Positions 61,877 through 64,000 of a stretch of DNA of 64,000 nucleotides are shown one piece after another. Positions within the stretch are counted from its first letter, which is position 1, and every line of letters starts with the position of its first letter. The translations under genes and the position numbers were made by a program. This stretch comes from an uncultured Planctomycetota bacterium (GTDB taxonomy: Bacteria; Planctomycetota; Planctomycetia; Isosphaerales; Isosphaeraceae), in the NCBI GenBank assembly GCA_963823665.1, contig CAWGMQ010000004.1, positions 128,001-192,000 of the forward strand, written 5' to 3'. The notes under the pieces were generated by a model, which searched no databases, was not told where the DNA came from, and was given only the letters and a program-made list of their open reading frames with translations.

Positions 61877-62004
61877 TCGGCCGCGGAAAATGAAAGTCTA
61901 CACTCCCCGTGCCGCACGAAACCAGCCACTTTAAGGAGTGGATCGCTAGGGTGCCGGTTCGCGCTGACATGAAACTCATTACGGGCAGCTCGCTATGGAC
62001 AAGC

Positions 62005-63588
62005 CTAGCGCGGCGTCCGCATCCCCGGAAATCCCTTGGGCAACCCCCCCGGGAACCCGCCACCCGGCCCCGGCTCGGCTCCTTCCGCGCCAGGAGGCTT
62101 CTTCGGCTCGACCAGCGAAACTCGGTCCAGGTTGATCGACCGGAAACTATCGCCCGGCGTCACGTAATACCAGGGCCCGAAGCGCTTCATGAAGTCGTCG
62201 ACCTTCTTCTGGCCGTCCGCAAGCTTCTTGTCGTAGTCCGCTTTCTCGCGCGTCTTTTTCTCTTCGGCCGCTTTCTGGTCGGCGATGACTTTCGGATCCT
62301 TTGGATCCGGGGCAAACACGTTATCGGGGATCGTCGCGGGCGCGTCGGATTTGACAACCGGCTTCGGCTGCATCGACTCCGGCTTCTCGATCAAGCTAGG
62401 GTCGAACGCAACCGTCACCATCAAATACCGGTTCTCCTTCGCGCCCCCCGCCTTCTTCTCGTTATCTTTCTTTTCTTTGTCCTTCGCACCACCCGCATCC
62501 TTCTTCTGTTCGACGTCGTCCGGCGCCCCCACCACCAGCTCGTCTCCCTCGACAAACACCGGCCCCCCGTACCGCAGGGTGTAAACCACGCCTTCATCGG
62601 TCCCGATCGAGACATCTCCCTGGTCCGAATAAAGCCCCTTCGTCGTCAAGAAGAAGCCCTTGTTCTGCAGCGATGCCATCACCACCGACGGGATGCTCCT
62701 TACGTTATCAAGGTCCTCCAGTCCCGCCGGGCGGGGCCGAATCCCGACAATCTTCAAGTCGGCCACGGCGTCGGAAAGCGTACGCAGGTTGTTCTCGTTG
62801 AGCTGCTCGTTCGCGCCGAGCCCATCCATCGTCCACGGACCGTTCGAATCCTTCCGTGTGATCACCAGCTCATCACCCCGCTTCAGTTCCAGCTTCCCTT
62901 GGAAGTTGGGGCTCTCCTGAAGCTTGTAGTTGTTGAAGAATATGCGTCGAATCTTGCTGGCCTCGACCTTCAGCAGGTTCGTCTCGATCCAGTCGGTAAA
63001 CTTTGTCGACGGCTCGGCCTTGATGTTCACACCATACGTCCGTGTCTGACCCGGCACTCGCACGTACCGCTGGGCCTGCCCGTCTTTGCGCTCCGTCCCC
63101 TTGATCTCGTTGCCGATGACGATGTCGGCGAGCACCTTCTCGGACTGGTCGCGCAGCGTGATCCGCTTGCCACGCCCCTTGAGCGTCGAGAGCTTCATGT
63201 CGACCGGGTCGATCACGCCCATCGCTTCTTGCTCTTCCGTGTTATTGGAGCGAACCGTGTCCTTGTTCAAAAGCATGATCGCCCCCGCCGTCTGTGACAG
63301 CCGGTCGCGCGCATCCGCGGGATAGTTGTAGTACGGCGACGGAATCACCCACTTCTTGTCCTTGAACATCACCCGAAACCGCGACGCCGTCGCCGTTGAG
63401 GCATCGAAGTCGATGACTTCGAGGTCGGTGCACTCGAGCGCATCCTTGAAGTCCGGAAAGAACGCCTGGCCCTGGTCGTCGAAGTCTGCCGCGTTCGCGG
63501 GCTGGCGATCGCGAGTAATAAAGAATGCCGAGCCGGCGAGCACCACGGCCACACCGACGAAAATCGTGGTCTTGAGCAGTTCGTTCAT
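62005..63588 (-). CDS. DUF4340-domain membrane-anchored protein
   Basis: N-terminal TM, YVRVPGQ, DWIETNLL; follows a Gldg-type gene. Confidence 0.75.
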   Translation of the reverse strand: MNELLKTTIFVGVAVVLAGSAFFITRDRQPANAADFDDQGQAFFPDFKDALECTDLEVIDFDASTATASRFRVMFKDKKWVIPSPYYNYPADARDRLSQTAGAIMLLNKDTVRSNNTEEQEAMGVIDPVDMKLSTLKGRGKRITLRDQSEKVLADIVIGNEIKGTERKDGQAQRYVRVPGQTRTYGVNIKAEPSTKFTDWIETNLLKVEASKIRRIFFNNYKLQESPNFQGKLELKRGDELVITRKDSNGPWTMDGLGANEQLNENNLRTLSDAVADLKIVGIRPRPAGLEDLDNVRSIPSVVMASLQNKGFFLTTKGLYSDQGDVSIGTDEGVVYTLRYGGPVFVEGDELVVGAPDDVEQKKDAGGAKDKEKKDNEKKAGGAKENRYLMVTVAFDPSLIEKPESMQPKPVVKSDAPATIPDNVFAPDPKDPKVIADQKAAEEKKTREKADYDKKLADGQKKVDDFMKRFGPWYYVTPGDSFRSINLDRVSLVEPKKPPGAEGAEPGPGGGFPGGLPKGFPGMRTPR

Positions 63589-63623
63589 CGCGGTTCCCTG
63601 TTGGCGACTCGAAAAACGACTCA

Positions 63624-64000
63624 TTACTTACCAGACGCCCCCCGCCGCGGCTCATACATCAACCGCTTGGGATTGGCTCCCACATTCTCGCGCGTCCGGC
63701 GCCACAAGAAGACCAGCAGTCCCAGGATGGCCGGTGGCAACGGCGGCACGATCGCCGCCGCAAGCCGCACGCGATTTTGAATGCCGCGAATGCGCTGCTC
63801 CGAATCGGTCTTCGCCTCGCGAATCTCGTTCAGCTTCTTGTCTTCGATGTTCCGCTTGGCAACGTCGAGCTTCATGTTCGCTACCTTCTGAATATTCGCG
63901 AGCTGAATCTCCTTCGTCCGCTCGTCCCAGTCCGCGTGCGACTGCACGACGTCCACCTGCTTTTGAAACGCCTGTTGAGCCTGGTCCAGCTCGTCCGTCG
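63624..64000 (-). CDS. Gldg-family/ABC-transporter-associated protein, C-terminal part
   Basis: Coiled coil, then TM (PPLPPAILGLLVFL-WRR); position upstream of DUF4340. Confidence 0.6.
   Translation of the reverse strand, partial: TDELDQAQQAFQKQVDVVQSHADWDERTKEIQLANIQKVANMKLDVAKRNIEDKKLNEIREAKTDSEQRIRGIQNRVRLAAAIVPPLPPAILGLLVFLWRRTRENVGANPKRLMYEPRRGASGK

Noticed and set aside
61880..62000. Attenuator or riboswitch upstream of ilvN
   Set aside because: Only a 5-bp hairpin (CCACT-N6-AGTGG); no Ile/Leu/Val-rich leader peptide or U-tract terminator

Overview
GC-rich bacterial DNA, very probably from a planctomycete of the Isosphaeraceae type. This is inferred from an LEPR-XLL-type export signal, an ECF sigma factor with a long C-terminal extension, a kinase-ATPase-FGE protein and R-F-S-x-R-G-L membrane anchors. 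Many conserved genes, including essential aspS, are broken by single-base indels, so most frameshifts are probably assembly errors. A tRNA-Ala(GGC) at 38834-38906 splits the window. To its right are mostly housekeeping-type genes: a WD40 protein, two YcjF-like GTPases, an amidase, a polysaccharide export protein, namZ, aspS, a thiolase, dedA, exbBD, ilvC, ilvN and Gldg/DUF4340. To its left is an accessory region with two main candidates for an undescribed system. The first is 11 co-oriented paralogous membrane-anchored LRR genes with constant anchor and caps, 2-13 variable 24-aa modules, and direct traces of module deletion, duplication and swapping. The second is an orphan small+large terminase gene pair with no other phage genes nearby. 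All family assignments come from motif recognition by eye; no database search was run.
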